Origin: a candidate division WWE3 bacterium RIFOXYC1_FULL_40_10
GTDB taxonomy: Bacteria > Patescibacteriota > WWE3 > UBA101185 > UBA10185
Length of the DNA: 64,000 bases
Assembly (NCBI GenBank): GCA_001773215.1
Contig: MEWB01000001.1
Coordinates: 806,099 to 870,098 of the forward strand
Direction: 5' to 3'
The position numbers and the translations under genes are program-made. The notes beneath the pieces were generated by a model. The model saw nothing but the letters and a program-made list of their open reading frames with translations, had not been told where the DNA came from and did not search any database. This document shows, one piece after another, positions 1-10,069 of the stretch (positions within the stretch are counted from its first letter, which is position 1; every line of letters begins with the position of its first letter).

Positions 1-9
1 ACTCAATCC

Positions 10-1710
10 ATGGAAAAAGCATTACTGGAATTGCGGGAAAAACTGGTCAAGAGTGTTTCAGCCAAACAACAACTAAACAAAGGAAGCGTTAAGTTTGATA
101 TTGCAACTGCGGTTTTATGGGGCAATGTTTTGTATGTTGTAGTAATGGGGGATGCAGATACATTTTTGATGAGAGAAGGAAAAATCAGGCCAATAAACAC
201 CATGTCCGAAGGAAACTTCTCCGCGGCTTCGGGAGTAATAAAAAATGATGAGGTGATAGTACTAGCCACAAAACAATTTTCGGATTTTATTGATCCAATA
301 AAATTACTCACCCAAACTATAGCAACAGGAGAACTAAATTCCGGACAGGCCTGCTTAGTAGCCAAAGTGATAGAAGACACCAGCTTCACGGAAAGTGAAG
401 TGGTAGATTTTGGGATTGAAGAGAACACCCCCTTAAAACATTCTCTTAATACTTCCCGAAGAATAAAGGACTTTTTAAGCAAACTGGCTGGAATTTTTCC
501 GCAAAAAAAGGCCGTAGAAAATACGCCGGGGGGACCAGAAACCAAAAAGAGTACTAGCGAAGAGGTACCTTCTATCGTCAAAAGAACTCTGAGTATAAAG
601 CCGCTATTTTCTTCAATATCTAATTATGTTGAAAATTTAAAACCTGAAAAAACTACGCAACAGGATCTACCATATAGACCAACTATTAAAATACTAAGTA
701 AGCCCGTTACAAAAAAAAGAAAACGCATCCCAAGCATATATCTGTATTATGCAATCCCTGTGATTGGAACACTCATCATAATAGTTATTATCTCTTCCGT
801 AATAAGACACAAGAAAAATCCTGTTCCAGAAACAATACAAGATGCTGTTGAAACATCACCCACGATTCAGGAAGAAAGCAACTCCTTGGGAGAAGAAGAT
901 ATGCTGGAAGACACCTCGAAAGACGCGGAGGATAAAACTCAACGAGTGGGCACAGAAGCATTTTATGACATGTTAATCATAGATCCTGACGCTAAAACAA
1001 ATAGCCTTGTAGCTACTTTAAACGGGGTGGCAGTTGCAGACTCCGAAAAGGGCACCTTATATTATTCGGGAGATGCCCAGGCCGACTTTAAGAAAGCCGA
1101 AAAATCTTACCAAGGAATTAGGTCTATGGCATATTACGATAGTAAATTATCGTTTGCTGATAACTCCGGCTACATTACCCTTAATCCAACAACTTTCGCC
1201 GGTTTGGAAACGCTTTCTAAAGAAGGTCTTGGACTAGTTTCCCCCTATCTAAGCTTTGTATACGGTGTACAGGGAGATAAAATTATTAAATATTCGAAAA
1301 CCGGAACAACTCTTACCGAAACCCTTTGGGCACAAAACGCTGATTTTTATAACGCCAAAGACATGGAAGTAGCCTACAGTATATATCTAATAACTCAGAA
1401 TAATGCCGTGGTTAGTTATACCAGCGGAGAAAAGGATGAGTTTGTTATCAACGGGCTAAGCACACCATTAACAAATCCTACTCAACTAACAACAAGTTTG
1501 GATTTTAGTAACATTTATATAACTGATTACGATAATAGGCGTATAGTGGTAATAGACAAGAAAGGTAATTACATTAAGCAGTACAAAGCGGTAAAACCTT
1601 CAATATGGAAGGACATAAGAAGTATAGGGGTTAATCAGGATGAAGCAACTTTATGGGTGTTGGATGGGACGCGTATTTACAATGTTGACCTAAAGGCTTC
1701 TACACAGTAG
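10..1710 (+). CDS. Membrane protein: degenerate PP2C-like N-terminal domain, one TM helix, extracellular NHL/beta-propeller C-terminus (probably 5'-truncated by the window)
   Basis: PP2C-like segments LYVVVMGD..FLMREGKI and VIVLAT; TM YLYYAIPVIGTLIIIVIISSVI; NHL-like repeats IYITDYDNRRIVVIDKKG. The frame is open to position 1. Confidence 0.6.
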   Translation: MEKALLELREKLVKSVSAKQQLNKGSVKFDIATAVLWGNVLYVVVMGDADTFLMREGKIRPINTMSEGNFSAASGVIKNDEVIVLATKQFSDFIDPIKLLTQTIATGELNSGQACLVAKVIEDTSFTESEVVDFGIEENTPLKHSLNTSRRIKDFLSKLAGIFPQKKAVENTPGGPETKKSTSEEVPSIVKRTLSIKPLFSSISNYVENLKPEKTTQQDLPYRPTIKILSKPVTKKRKRIPSIYLYYAIPVIGTLIIIVIISSVIRHKKNPVPETIQDAVETSPTIQEESNSLGEEDMLEDTSKDAEDKTQRVGTEAFYDMLIIDPDAKTNSLVATLNGVAVADSEKGTLYYSGDAQADFKKAEKSYQGIRSMAYYDSKLSFADNSGYITLNPTTFAGLETLSKEGLGLVSPYLSFVYGVQGDKIIKYSKTGTTLTETLWAQNADFYNAKDMEVAYSIYLITQNNAVVSYTSGEKDEFVINGLSTPLTNPTQLTTSLDFSNIYITDYDNRRIVVIDKKGNYIKQYKAVKPSIWKDIRSIGVNQDEATLWVLDGTRIYNVDLKASTQ

Positions 1711-1738
1711 AATAGCCGCTGTTCCTTAAGATATTATA

Positions 1739-2092
1739 ATGCTAGAAAAGAAATTTATAGCAGATAATCTGCAGAAAACATATTGTTACAAATGCGGAGC
1801 CAGCTTAGCCGGGGCTAAACTTGTAAAGATTACGGAAGCCACGGTTACACTAGTTGCACACGCTGTGTGCCCCGCCTGCAGTGCCGAGAGCATGGTAACT
1901 ATCACTCCTGCGGGAAGCGGGGTTACTCCGGTTATCTCGGATCTTACAGGAGAGGAATATGCTAAATTCATTGATGCAAACATCATTGGATACGATGACG
2001 TGTTAAATTTATATAAAGCTTTAAAGAAGGAGTCCCTATGGAACTTATTGCACACAAAAGAGAAAAAACAGGTAAAAAAACAAAAAATCTAA
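1739..2092 (+). CDS. Zn-ribbon hypothetical protein
   Basis: CYKC...CPAC pairs; TAAGAT-N6-ATG leaderless-type start; overlaps the rplY start. Confidence 0.65.
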   Translation: MLEKKFIADNLQKTYCYKCGASLAGAKLVKITEATVTLVAHAVCPACSAESMVTITPAGSGVTPVISDLTGEEYAKFIDANIIGYDDVLNLYKALKKESLWNLLHTKEKKQVKKQKI

Positions 2093-2727
2093 GAACTCAA
2101 GGCATTATACCTGCAATTGTATACGGTAATGGTATTGATCCTACAAACATTGAAGTTGCTATTTTGGATTACACAAAGGCCTTTGACGTGTCAGGTGAAA
2201 CGGGACTAATAGACTTAAAAATAAACGGGGATAAGGACATTAAAGTGTTAATAAAAAATACCCAGTTTGATCCTTTAACAGACAGACCTATACACGCAGA
2301 ATTTTTCAAACCAAACTTAAAAGAGAAAACCGAAGCTGAGGTACCGGTATCAGTAGTTGGCGAAGACAGAAATGAGCTTATTAAGAGCGGCAAAGCCCTG
2401 GTTATTACTCTACTGGATGAAATTAGAGTTAGTGCTTTACCAATGGATCTTCCCAGCGAGTTTGAAGTGGATGTTTCCGGGCTAACCGAGATTGGCGATG
2501 GCATAAGCGTTTCCATGCTTAACTACGATAGAACTAAAGTTGAGATTGTAGATCTTGAAGAAGCTGACATAATTGCCAAGCTTGATCACGCTGAAATGCA
2601 AGAAGAGGAAGAAGCACTTGTAACCGAGGAAGAAGCCATTCAACAGATGGAAGCTGTGGCTGAAAAAACCCCTGAAGAAGGTGAAGAAGAATCACCTGAA
2701 AATGCAGGCAAAACCGGCAATAAGTAG
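2038..2727 (+). CDS. rplY: 50S ribosomal protein L25/CTC
   Basis: LRTQGIIPAIVYG and QFDPLTDRPIHAEF motifs, CTC-type C-terminal domain, acidic tail. Confidence 0.95.
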   Translation: MELIAHKREKTGKKTKNLRTQGIIPAIVYGNGIDPTNIEVAILDYTKAFDVSGETGLIDLKINGDKDIKVLIKNTQFDPLTDRPIHAEFFKPNLKEKTEAEVPVSVVGEDRNELIKSGKALVITLLDEIRVSALPMDLPSEFEVDVSGLTEIGDGISVSMLNYDRTKVEIVDLEEADIIAKLDHAEMQEEEEALVTEEEAIQQMEAVAEKTPEEGEEESPENAGKTGNK

Positions 2728-2745
2728 CTAATGCCGCAAATATCT

Positions 2746-2781
2746 CTATAGGTTGCTATTACTATCAATTTTTGATATACT
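2746..2781 (+). promoter_or_regulatory. sigma70-type promoter with adjacent CTATAG
   Basis: CTATAG-g-TTGCTA-17 nt-(TGn)TATACT. Confidence 0.65.
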
Positions 2782-2890
2782 CACGATGTAAAAATAACAG
2801 ATGGGAGAGGTGTATCTGTTACATTTTTTCATGATTTTTGCACTTTAAATATATAGTTCAAACAATAAAGTCAGCAGATCTGGAGGATCT

Positions 2891-3730
2891 ATGGATACTT
2901 TAGGTGTAATCTTAAGATTGCCATTCACTCTGATCAGAATCGCACTGTGGATGCTGGTCGGTTTCTTGTTCTTCTGTTTCCTGGCAGTTATACTGCCCTT
3001 CTTCGGAAATATGATGATGCTCTCCAATACAGCATGGGTTTCCATGATTGGAAATGGCGCAGTAAGTTTTGCAGAGTGGTTAAAAATCCAACCGGGCTTT
3101 GACGTCATTTTTCTCCACAAGTTCGATGTGAACGGTGTAATAAAGGCAGGAGAAGATTTGGTGGACGTCTTAAGACGCGGCTGGCCAACTTTCCTGATGC
3201 TTTTCCTGTTCGGATACGTTTCCTACATCCTTTGGAGCATCGCTTATAAGGGTGAAGCACCTGAGAGCGCATCAAATATGTGGGGGATCCTGTACGACCC
3301 GGAAAATATTCTGGGGTCGATCTTCAAAACAGGCTCTGTTTTCGCGTTGATTGGGCTGATTCTCGCTGTTTGGGAAACGGGGAAAGAAAACACAGGCACA
3401 AACTTGATGTATCTCGTGGGGCTCGTGGCATTCTTCCTGATAATCTATTCCAAAAGAAGAGAATTCGCCGGGTTAATTTCTATACCAGGATTAATAATTT
3501 TGGTGATAGGAGTGGGGGTGATGGTCTACGGTGTCGCCACAGGAAATGCGGTGAATGATATGCAAGTCACGCTACCTACTGCAAAGTTTTCTGCATGGGC
3601 GGTCGCTTTCTATCAAGGGTTGCCTACCACATTTAGGATGATCTTTAACTGGATCCTAACCCTGTGCATCGCGATGTGGGGCATGGGCATAACAGCTGGC
3701 AAGAGACATTCGAAAGCCAAGGAGGCTTAG
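2891..3730 (+). CDS. Multi-pass membrane protein, hypothetical
   Basis: About 7 hydrophobic segments; GGAGG SD; first gene of a 3-gene operon. Confidence 0.8.
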   Translation: MDTLGVILRLPFTLIRIALWMLVGFLFFCFLAVILPFFGNMMMLSNTAWVSMIGNGAVSFAEWLKIQPGFDVIFLHKFDVNGVIKAGEDLVDVLRRGWPTFLMLFLFGYVSYILWSIAYKGEAPESASNMWGILYDPENILGSIFKTGSVFALIGLILAVWETGKENTGTNLMYLVGLVAFFLIIYSKRREFAGLISIPGLIILVIGVGVMVYGVATGNAVNDMQVTLPTAKFSAWAVAFYQGLPTTFRMIFNWILTLCIAMWGMGITAGKRHSKAKEA

Positions 3731-4837
3731 ATGGCAAGACACAACAAGAAAGCCAGACCGGAAGAGGAAGAACCGGGGAATGATATCCCCTCGGAACCTC
3801 CGGAAATACTGGGAGAAAGTACCAAAAGGCGTATAGGCTTTGTTTCAATTGTAGTCTTAGTTTTGGTGACTACCACATTGCTTGGGGTTGGAGGTTTCTA
3901 CGCCCTCGCAGAAGCGGGCGATGCTGACTTCTTCAAGGTAACAACGTTGCTACCGGGAACGCCCTTGTACGAAATCGGGGCAGAAAACCCTTCCACAACG
4001 CTAACTACCGAAGATCAAGCAGGCATGACTATCGGCGCAGGTTCGAGCAGAGAAGCTTTCGGAACTGTGACTATCGGCGGAAAGAAATATGAGTACAAGC
4101 TGAGCGACTTGACCAAGGTCAAGAGCGAAGGCTGGCTCTCAAAAACTGCTGACAAAGCTCAGGAAACCAGAGACGCTCTGAAAACCGGTACTTATAAGCC
4201 TCTAAAGGGCTGGCCGCCAGTGCCTTACTTTGTACTCCTGGGGGTAGCACTATTGCTTGTACTTCCCCGAATCTATAGATATACAATTGAGTATAGCAAT
4301 TACTTCACTGAGGATGTTGTGCTGAAACTCAACGACTCCTCGGGTCTGGAACATACTTACAAGGGAAGCATCAAATACCGCCTAATCGCCCGCGCAGAAT
4401 CTCAATGGCGTCTGAAAAGAGCAGGAATTAGAGCAGTAATGGAGTGGGCAAAGGATATCCAGAGAGCTTACCTTGCAGAAATTGCCCAGGCCACAGCAAC
4501 GAATGATATGTTCGCGGCATGCAGCACCGCAGCGAAGAACATGCTCAAGGAAAGAGCCTTTAAAGCCCTTGAACGTGTTGGTATACAAGTTAGGGAACTG
4601 TACACCGAAGAAGTGGATCCTTCAAAAAGGGCTGAGATGCTCAAGGCCGCACCCCAGGTTAGCATGATAAGAGCTAAGAGTCTGGCTTCTTTCATCCGAG
4701 AACTCACGGGTCAGGCGGAGATGTCTCCAAGCGAGATCCAAAACTTCCTGGAACACAATCAACTGTTGGCAATCGCGCTGATGCAGGAAGGAGAAGGACC
4801 ATTACCTTCGGTAATTTTAGGAGGAGGTAAAGGATGA
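3731..4837 (+). CDS. Two-TM membrane protein with possible C-terminal SPFH/Band-7-like domain
   Basis: Two TM helices; C-terminal helix-strand pattern (LKERAFKALERVGIQVRELYTEEVDPS) resembles the SPFH2 core; AGGAGG SD. Confidence 0.55.
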   Translation: MARHNKKARPEEEEPGNDIPSEPPEILGESTKRRIGFVSIVVLVLVTTTLLGVGGFYALAEAGDADFFKVTTLLPGTPLYEIGAENPSTTLTTEDQAGMTIGAGSSREAFGTVTIGGKKYEYKLSDLTKVKSEGWLSKTADKAQETRDALKTGTYKPLKGWPPVPYFVLLGVALLLVLPRIYRYTIEYSNYFTEDVVLKLNDSSGLEHTYKGSIKYRLIARAESQWRLKRAGIRAVMEWAKDIQRAYLAEIAQATATNDMFAACSTAAKNMLKERAFKALERVGIQVRELYTEEVDPSKRAEMLKAAPQVSMIRAKSLASFIRELTGQAEMSPSEIQNFLEHNQLLAIALMQEGEGPLPSVILGGGKG

Positions 4838-5328
4838 AAAGGGTTTTCAAGCAAAACTCAAGGGAAAAAGGCGCAAGAGCGAAACAGACCCCTAAAAAGG
4901 ATCTCCAGCATAACCTAATCCCCACGAAAGGAGGGTTCCAATTACGGGATGTTTTGGGAGGTATTCTCAACAACTCCTTGCTGGTCTGGAGACCCTCATT
5001 AATCCTTATACTGATCTTCCTCTCTGTCATTCCGGTTACCCAAAGAGTAGTCTTGTATGTCTTCACCGGGAATCCAAAGCCGTTGATCTGGTTTATTGGT
5101 TGGTTCAACTGCCCATATATCAGTAGTTTTCCCGGTTCCTGGAACATCTGGCTGGTTCTTTTGGTACTGGCTTTTGGGATAGGATTTTTGGCATATGGAT
5201 TGTTGTGGTCAGTAAGCAGAAAAGCACAAGATGGGGATCTTAGCGCGGATGCAATAACAGCATTCTACGCAGGATATATCATCTTGTTTCTCTTTTCGTT
5301 CACCGACTTTCTGAACATCATTCATTGA
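4834..5328 (+). CDS. Membrane protein, hypothetical
   Basis: ATGA overlap with the upstream gene; 3 hydrophobic segments. Confidence 0.75.
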   Translation: MKRVFKQNSREKGARAKQTPKKDLQHNLIPTKGGFQLRDVLGGILNNSLLVWRPSLILILIFLSVIPVTQRVVLYVFTGNPKPLIWFIGWFNCPYISSFPGSWNIWLVLLVLAFGIGFLAYGLLWSVSRKAQDGDLSADAITAFYAGYIILFLFSFTDFLNIIH

Positions 5329-5340
5329 ACTATAGTTTCT

Positions 5341-5385
5341 AAAAAGCCCAGGCGTGTTATATACCACCTGGGTTTTCTTTTTTTT
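5341..5385. terminator. Bidirectional intrinsic terminator
   Basis: AAAAAGCCCAGG...CCTGGGTTTTCTTTT between convergent genes. Confidence 0.75.
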
Positions 5386-7642
5386 ATTTGGGCCACTCGC
5401 TTAAAGCAAGGCAAACCTTATTGTCTTTGTCCAAATTCTCCCAAATGGCTTCCGTCACAAAAGGCATAAAAGGATGCAGCAGTTTTATGCAAGTTAACAT
5501 TACGTGCTTCAAAATCACCAAACCCTTGGTTTTCTCTTCCCCTTCTCTATTTTTCACCAGTTCAATGTACTTATCCGCCACGTCGTGCCAAACAAACTGG
5601 TATACCTCATCACCAGCGAGTTGAAACCTAAGCTTATCGATATGTTTTGTTACAGATTTCACAGTTTTCTCCAAATTTCCCATCATCAACTTATCTTCCT
5701 CAGTTAGATCTAATATATTGTTAATATCCGGTAAAGTACCTTCCAGGGAGTCAATCATCATTATTGTAAAACGGGCCATATTCCACAACTTATTAGCAAA
5801 ATTTCGATACCCTTTAACCTTTGCTTCACTTAATGAAGTGTTTTTAGCCGAAGTGTTTCCTCCTACCAATATCCCCATCCTTAAAGCATCTGCACCGTAT
5901 TTTGCAATATACTCCAAAGGATCTATCACATTTCCCAAACTTTTGCTCATCTTTCGCCCAAACTCATCATCTATTCGGCCATGAACATAAACCTGCTTAA
6001 ACGGGACCTGTTTGCCTAGATACATTCCAAACATTAGCATTCGCGCCAACCAAAAAAACAAGATATCCCACATTGAGTCCATAAATGAAGTCGGATAATA
6101 TTCTTTGAAATCTTCACCGTTTGGGTAATGTAAAGTAGTTAATGGCCACTGCCCAGAACTAAACCAGGTATCAAAGGTATCTGTATCTTGTATAAAATCT
6201 TCCCCCGGCGAAATCCTGCTTACAATGAATTTCGCATCCTTCGGGGCTATAAGTTTTTGTAAGCCTTCTATAACTTGACTCAAACTGAAACCCTGTTTAA
6301 TAAGTTCGGATAATTTCCCGTCATGGGAAATGCCCTTTTCATCAATGAATACTACATGCATGGAAGGGTTTTCTGTGTAGCTATACCAAACAGGAATACG
6401 AATGCCAAAAACTATTTGGCGTGAAACCGGCCAATCCCTTGTATTTTCCAGCCACGTGATCATCTGTTTCTTCCAAGTTGGCTTATTAAACTTCACTTTT
6501 CCTTCCCTAACTGCTTTCAAAGCCTCTTTAGATAGCCCATCCATTTTTATAAACCAGTTTGGCAGGAGCATTGGCTCGATAGGTTTATGATCTTTATAGT
6601 CGACCACGATATTGTGCGTATAGGTTTCATCAACTTTAACCAAAAGTCCTGCGTTTCTTAGATCTTCCGCAATAGCCTTTCTAGCTTCTAATACTTTCAT
6701 CCCTGCATATTTGCCACATAGTTGATTCAACCTTCCATCTAGGCCAATTACACTTATAGCTTCCAGTCCATGACGCAACCCGGCTTCGAAATCCGCGGGG
6801 TCATGTGCAGGTGTTACTTTAACAACACCTGTTCCAAATTCAGGATCAACATAGGAATCAGCAATTACCTTAAGTTTGAAGATCCCCACTAAGCCCTCCA
6901 CCTCAATTTCTTTTCCAATCCATTCCTTATATCTCTCGTCTTTGGGGTTTACTGCAACGGCAGTATCTCCGAATTTTGTCTCCGGTCGTACAGTTGCCAA
7001 TACAAAAGGCCCATACTTAATGTAATACAACGGGTCTTTCTGTTCGATATGTGTAGTTTCCAGATTGCTAAAGGTAGTGCCGTGAAAAGGTGAGTAATTC
7101 ACTAGGTAGTCACTCCTATAAACCAAACCCTCTTTGTACATCCTTTCGAAAGTGTCGTAAACAGTGTTAACCACACGATCATCAAGCATAAAAACCGTTC
7201 TGTCCCAATCGGCAGACATGCCTATTTTTCGTAACTGGTTAACTGCAACATCCGAATTTTGCTTTACGAATTCTAGGATATTGTTAAATAATGTCTGTCT
7301 ATCAAAATCAAATCTGCTTTTTCCTTCTTTTTTTAATTTTCTCTCATATACGACTTGCGTTTCGAATCCCGCATGATCTACACCCGGAAGGTACAAGGTT
7401 TTGAAACCACACATTCTCTTATACCTGGCCATAAGATCTTGGATCGCGTATGTTGCATGGCCACAATGTAAGGCGGCATTAGCATTTGGTGGGGGCATTA
7501 AGACACTAAAGTTTTCGTTTTTAACCTCTAAACCTGCCTTTTTCCTTATTTCAAAAGACTTTTCAGGCGAAAAAACACCGTCATTTTGCCATTTTTGATA
7601 AATTTCATCTTCTATTTTTGTATGATCAAATTTTGTATCCAT
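5384..7642 (-). CDS. valS: Valine--tRNA ligase (short form without C-terminal coiled coil)
   Basis: PPPNANAALHCGH (HIGH variant), DWPVSRQ, DTFDTWFSS, KMSKS; start placed at ATG 7642 (MDTKFDH). Confidence 0.95.
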   Translation of the reverse strand: MDTKFDHTKIEDEIYQKWQNDGVFSPEKSFEIRKKAGLEVKNENFSVLMPPPNANAALHCGHATYAIQDLMARYKRMCGFKTLYLPGVDHAGFETQVVYERKLKKEGKSRFDFDRQTLFNNILEFVKQNSDVAVNQLRKIGMSADWDRTVFMLDDRVVNTVYDTFERMYKEGLVYRSDYLVNYSPFHGTTFSNLETTHIEQKDPLYYIKYGPFVLATVRPETKFGDTAVAVNPKDERYKEWIGKEIEVEGLVGIFKLKVIADSYVDPEFGTGVVKVTPAHDPADFEAGLRHGLEAISVIGLDGRLNQLCGKYAGMKVLEARKAIAEDLRNAGLLVKVDETYTHNIVVDYKDHKPIEPMLLPNWFIKMDGLSKEALKAVREGKVKFNKPTWKKQMITWLENTRDWPVSRQIVFGIRIPVWYSYTENPSMHVVFIDEKGISHDGKLSELIKQGFSLSQVIEGLQKLIAPKDAKFIVSRISPGEDFIQDTDTFDTWFSSGQWPLTTLHYPNGEDFKEYYPTSFMDSMWDILFFWLARMLMFGMYLGKQVPFKQVYVHGRIDDEFGRKMSKSLGNVIDPLEYIAKYGADALRMGILVGGNTSAKNTSLSEAKVKGYRNFANKLWNMARFTIMMIDSLEGTLPDINNILDLTEEDKLMMGNLEKTVKSVTKHIDKLRFQLAGDEVYQFVWHDVADKYIELVKNREGEEKTKGLVILKHVMLTCIKLLHPFMPFVTEAIWENLDKDNKVCLALSEWPK

Positions 7643-7716
7643 AAAAAAACTCCCGCACCAGGCGAGAGACTGTTCATTCAAACACGAGTGCTTTTATAGT
7701 AGGATTATATCACAAC

Positions 7717-8739
7717 ATGATTAATGAACTTAAACACTACGATAAGGTACACATCGAAGATGTTTCTCTTCCGAAAACGGCAAACACGTTTCTAAAAGAA
7801 TCCGATGAAAGACCGGTAGTAAACGAAAATCCCAACACACTATTCGAGCATATTGGACTAGAGCTTAAAAAGCTTTATCTAAGAATCAACCCACCAGAAA
7901 GTGACCCTGTAAATAATGAGACTATGGGAAAAACAATAAATACCGGAATAAATCTTATCAAAGAGGTATTTATCCTAAAGGCATTAGAACTGGCAGGAGT
8001 TAAAGGGGTCCCAAGAGTAATTGATTCGCAAAGTGGTTATGTGGATCGGGGATTATTGCCGGGATATACTTTCGCGAGTGCGCAATTGGAAAAAATTGAG
8101 GGAAAATCACTGGCAGAGAGTCAACTTTTAGATGAGGAAACTGTTTTAAAAATAGGGATAGATACAGCAAAAATTCTGGGAAACATTTACAACAGACACA
8201 TCCTACACAATGACGTGAAACCGGGAAATATTATGCTAACCGAAAATAAAGAAGTCATCGTTGTCGACTTTAACAACGCGAAAATATTGGATTTTGAAAA
8301 CAAAACCCTTACTAATGTCGGAACTGTTACATACAGCCCACCCGAAAAAACGGCTCTGGACGGAGAAGATTCTCAAGGAGTTCGCTATTCGAAGGTTGAT
8401 GTTAGGTCTGATATTTACTCCTTAGCAGTTACTTTAGCCGAAAAAGCGGGAGTATATATATACGTATTAAGTGATAAGTCAATTTTAGATGAAAAAAAAT
8501 ACGAAACTTTTTTGTACATGCTGGAACAAGCAATAGAAGAGGGTAATATCACACAAAAATTTGCAGTTTTTCTACAATGGAATTCTCATCCCCAAAAACA
8601 ATGCAGGTATCCAGATTATGAGAGATTTATTGAAGGCTTACAAATTGTAGGTGATCCTGATAAATCTTCACAGGACCTGTTGAAACACTTAGAAACCTAC
8701 ACCGAACCCCCTGTTGCCAAAAAGGACAAATCAAGCTAA
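7717..8739 (+). CDS. Hanks-type Ser/Thr protein kinase-like protein
   Basis: HNDVKPGNIML catalytic loop, DFN (DFG variant), GTVTYSPPE, SDIYSLAVTL. Confidence 0.85.
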   Translation: MINELKHYDKVHIEDVSLPKTANTFLKESDERPVVNENPNTLFEHIGLELKKLYLRINPPESDPVNNETMGKTINTGINLIKEVFILKALELAGVKGVPRVIDSQSGYVDRGLLPGYTFASAQLEKIEGKSLAESQLLDEETVLKIGIDTAKILGNIYNRHILHNDVKPGNIMLTENKEVIVVDFNNAKILDFENKTLTNVGTVTYSPPEKTALDGEDSQGVRYSKVDVRSDIYSLAVTLAEKAGVYIYVLSDKSILDEKKYETFLYMLEQAIEEGNITQKFAVFLQWNSHPQKQCRYPDYERFIEGLQIVGDPDKSSQDLLKHLETYTEPPVAKKDKSS

Positions 8740-8748
8740 ATTATCCAC

Positions 8749-10008
8749 ATGAGATACTCACAATTAATTGGCCGAACACAAAAAGAAGCTCCAAAAGATG
8801 AAGTTAGCAATAATGCAAGGCTGTTAACACGAGCCGGTTACATCCACAAAGAAATGGCAGGGGTTTACGCCTTTTTACCTTTGGGGTTTAGAGTTTTAAC
8901 CAAATTAATTCATATAATTAGAGAAGAAATGGTAGCTATAGGCGGGCAGGAGGTAAACTTAGGATCTCTTCAAATCCCTGAGTTATGGCAAAAAACCGGA
9001 AGGTGGGACGACAGCGTGATCGATGTTTGGTTCAAAACACACCTGCATAGCGGCACAGAAATAGGCTTGGCAACAACACACGAGGAGCCCCTATCTCAAA
9101 TAATGACTCAGTTCATAAGCTCCTACAAAGACTTACCTTTATACGCATTTCAATTTCAGCTGAAGTTTAGAAATGAGCTTAGATCAAAAAGCGGATTGCT
9201 AAGAACCCGCGAGTTTATCATGAAGGATTTATATTCCTTTTGTAAGAATGAAAAGGAATTAGATGAATTCTACGAAAAAGCACTGCATGCCTACCACAGA
9301 ATATTCGAGAGAGCCGGAATAGGAAAATCGACATATTTAACCTTCGCCAGCGGGGGAGCTTTTAGTAAATATAGCCATGAGTTTCAAACAGTATGCGATG
9401 CTGGGGAAGATACGGTCTATCTAAACGAAACTAAAAAAATAGCCATTAATAAAGAAGTATACAACGCTGAGGTGTTAAACGAGCTTGGAATGGCAAAGGA
9501 TGACTTTAAAGAATGCAAAGCTATTGAAGTAGGAAATATATTTAAACTAGGAACCAAGTATTCCATACCTCTTAATCTCTATTACTCCGATTCGGAAGGA
9601 AATAAACAGCCGGTAGTAATGGGAAGCTACGGCATAGGCCCCGGCAGATTGTTAGCAACTATCGTGGAAACCCACCACGATGAGAACGGAATAATTTGGC
9701 CGAAAAACCTGGCGCCGCATAAGATTCACCTGATAGGGCTAAATTTAGAAGACGAAAATACCAAAAAACGGGTGGCGTTTATCTACGAAAAGTTTGAAAC
9801 CTCGGGCTTCGACGTTTTGTTTGATGATAGAGAAGATATTACGGCAGGCCAAAAGTTTGCCGATGCAGATTTGATAGGGATTCCTTTTAGAGTCACCGTA
9901 TCAAAAAGAACAGGAGATAAACTGGAATTAAAGCTGAGAAACAGCGAGACTACGGAGCTTATGGATTTAGACACTTTGACTTCGAAAATGGTTTTGGAAC
10001 ACGTATAA
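8749..10008 (+). CDS. proS: Proline--tRNA ligase (short, no editing insertion)
   Basis: KFRNELR..GLLRTREFIMKDLYSF, IEVGNIFKLGTKYS, MGSYGIG, anticodon-binding domain. Confidence 0.96.
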   Translation: MRYSQLIGRTQKEAPKDEVSNNARLLTRAGYIHKEMAGVYAFLPLGFRVLTKLIHIIREEMVAIGGQEVNLGSLQIPELWQKTGRWDDSVIDVWFKTHLHSGTEIGLATTHEEPLSQIMTQFISSYKDLPLYAFQFQLKFRNELRSKSGLLRTREFIMKDLYSFCKNEKELDEFYEKALHAYHRIFERAGIGKSTYLTFASGGAFSKYSHEFQTVCDAGEDTVYLNETKKIAINKEVYNAEVLNELGMAKDDFKECKAIEVGNIFKLGTKYSIPLNLYYSDSEGNKQPVVMGSYGIGPGRLLATIVETHHDENGIIWPKNLAPHKIHLIGLNLEDENTKKRVAFIYEKFETSGFDVLFDDREDITAGQKFADADLIGIPFRVTVSKRTGDKLELKLRNSETTELMDLDTLTSKMVLEHV

Positions 10009-10013
10009 AACGA

Positions 10014-10039
10014 GGCTCCGCCTTCGGCGGAGCCCTTTT
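10014..10039. terminator. GC-rich hairpin terminator / REP-like palindrome
   Basis: GGCTCCGCC-TTC-GGCGGAGCC followed by CTTTT. Confidence 0.7.
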
Positions 10040-10069
10040 CTTGTGTCAACACAAAAACTCTAGAGAAAC

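Noticed and set aside
7643-7712. T-box riboswitch ahead of valS
   Set aside because: The leader is too short and lacks the T-box antiterminator consensus and stem I.
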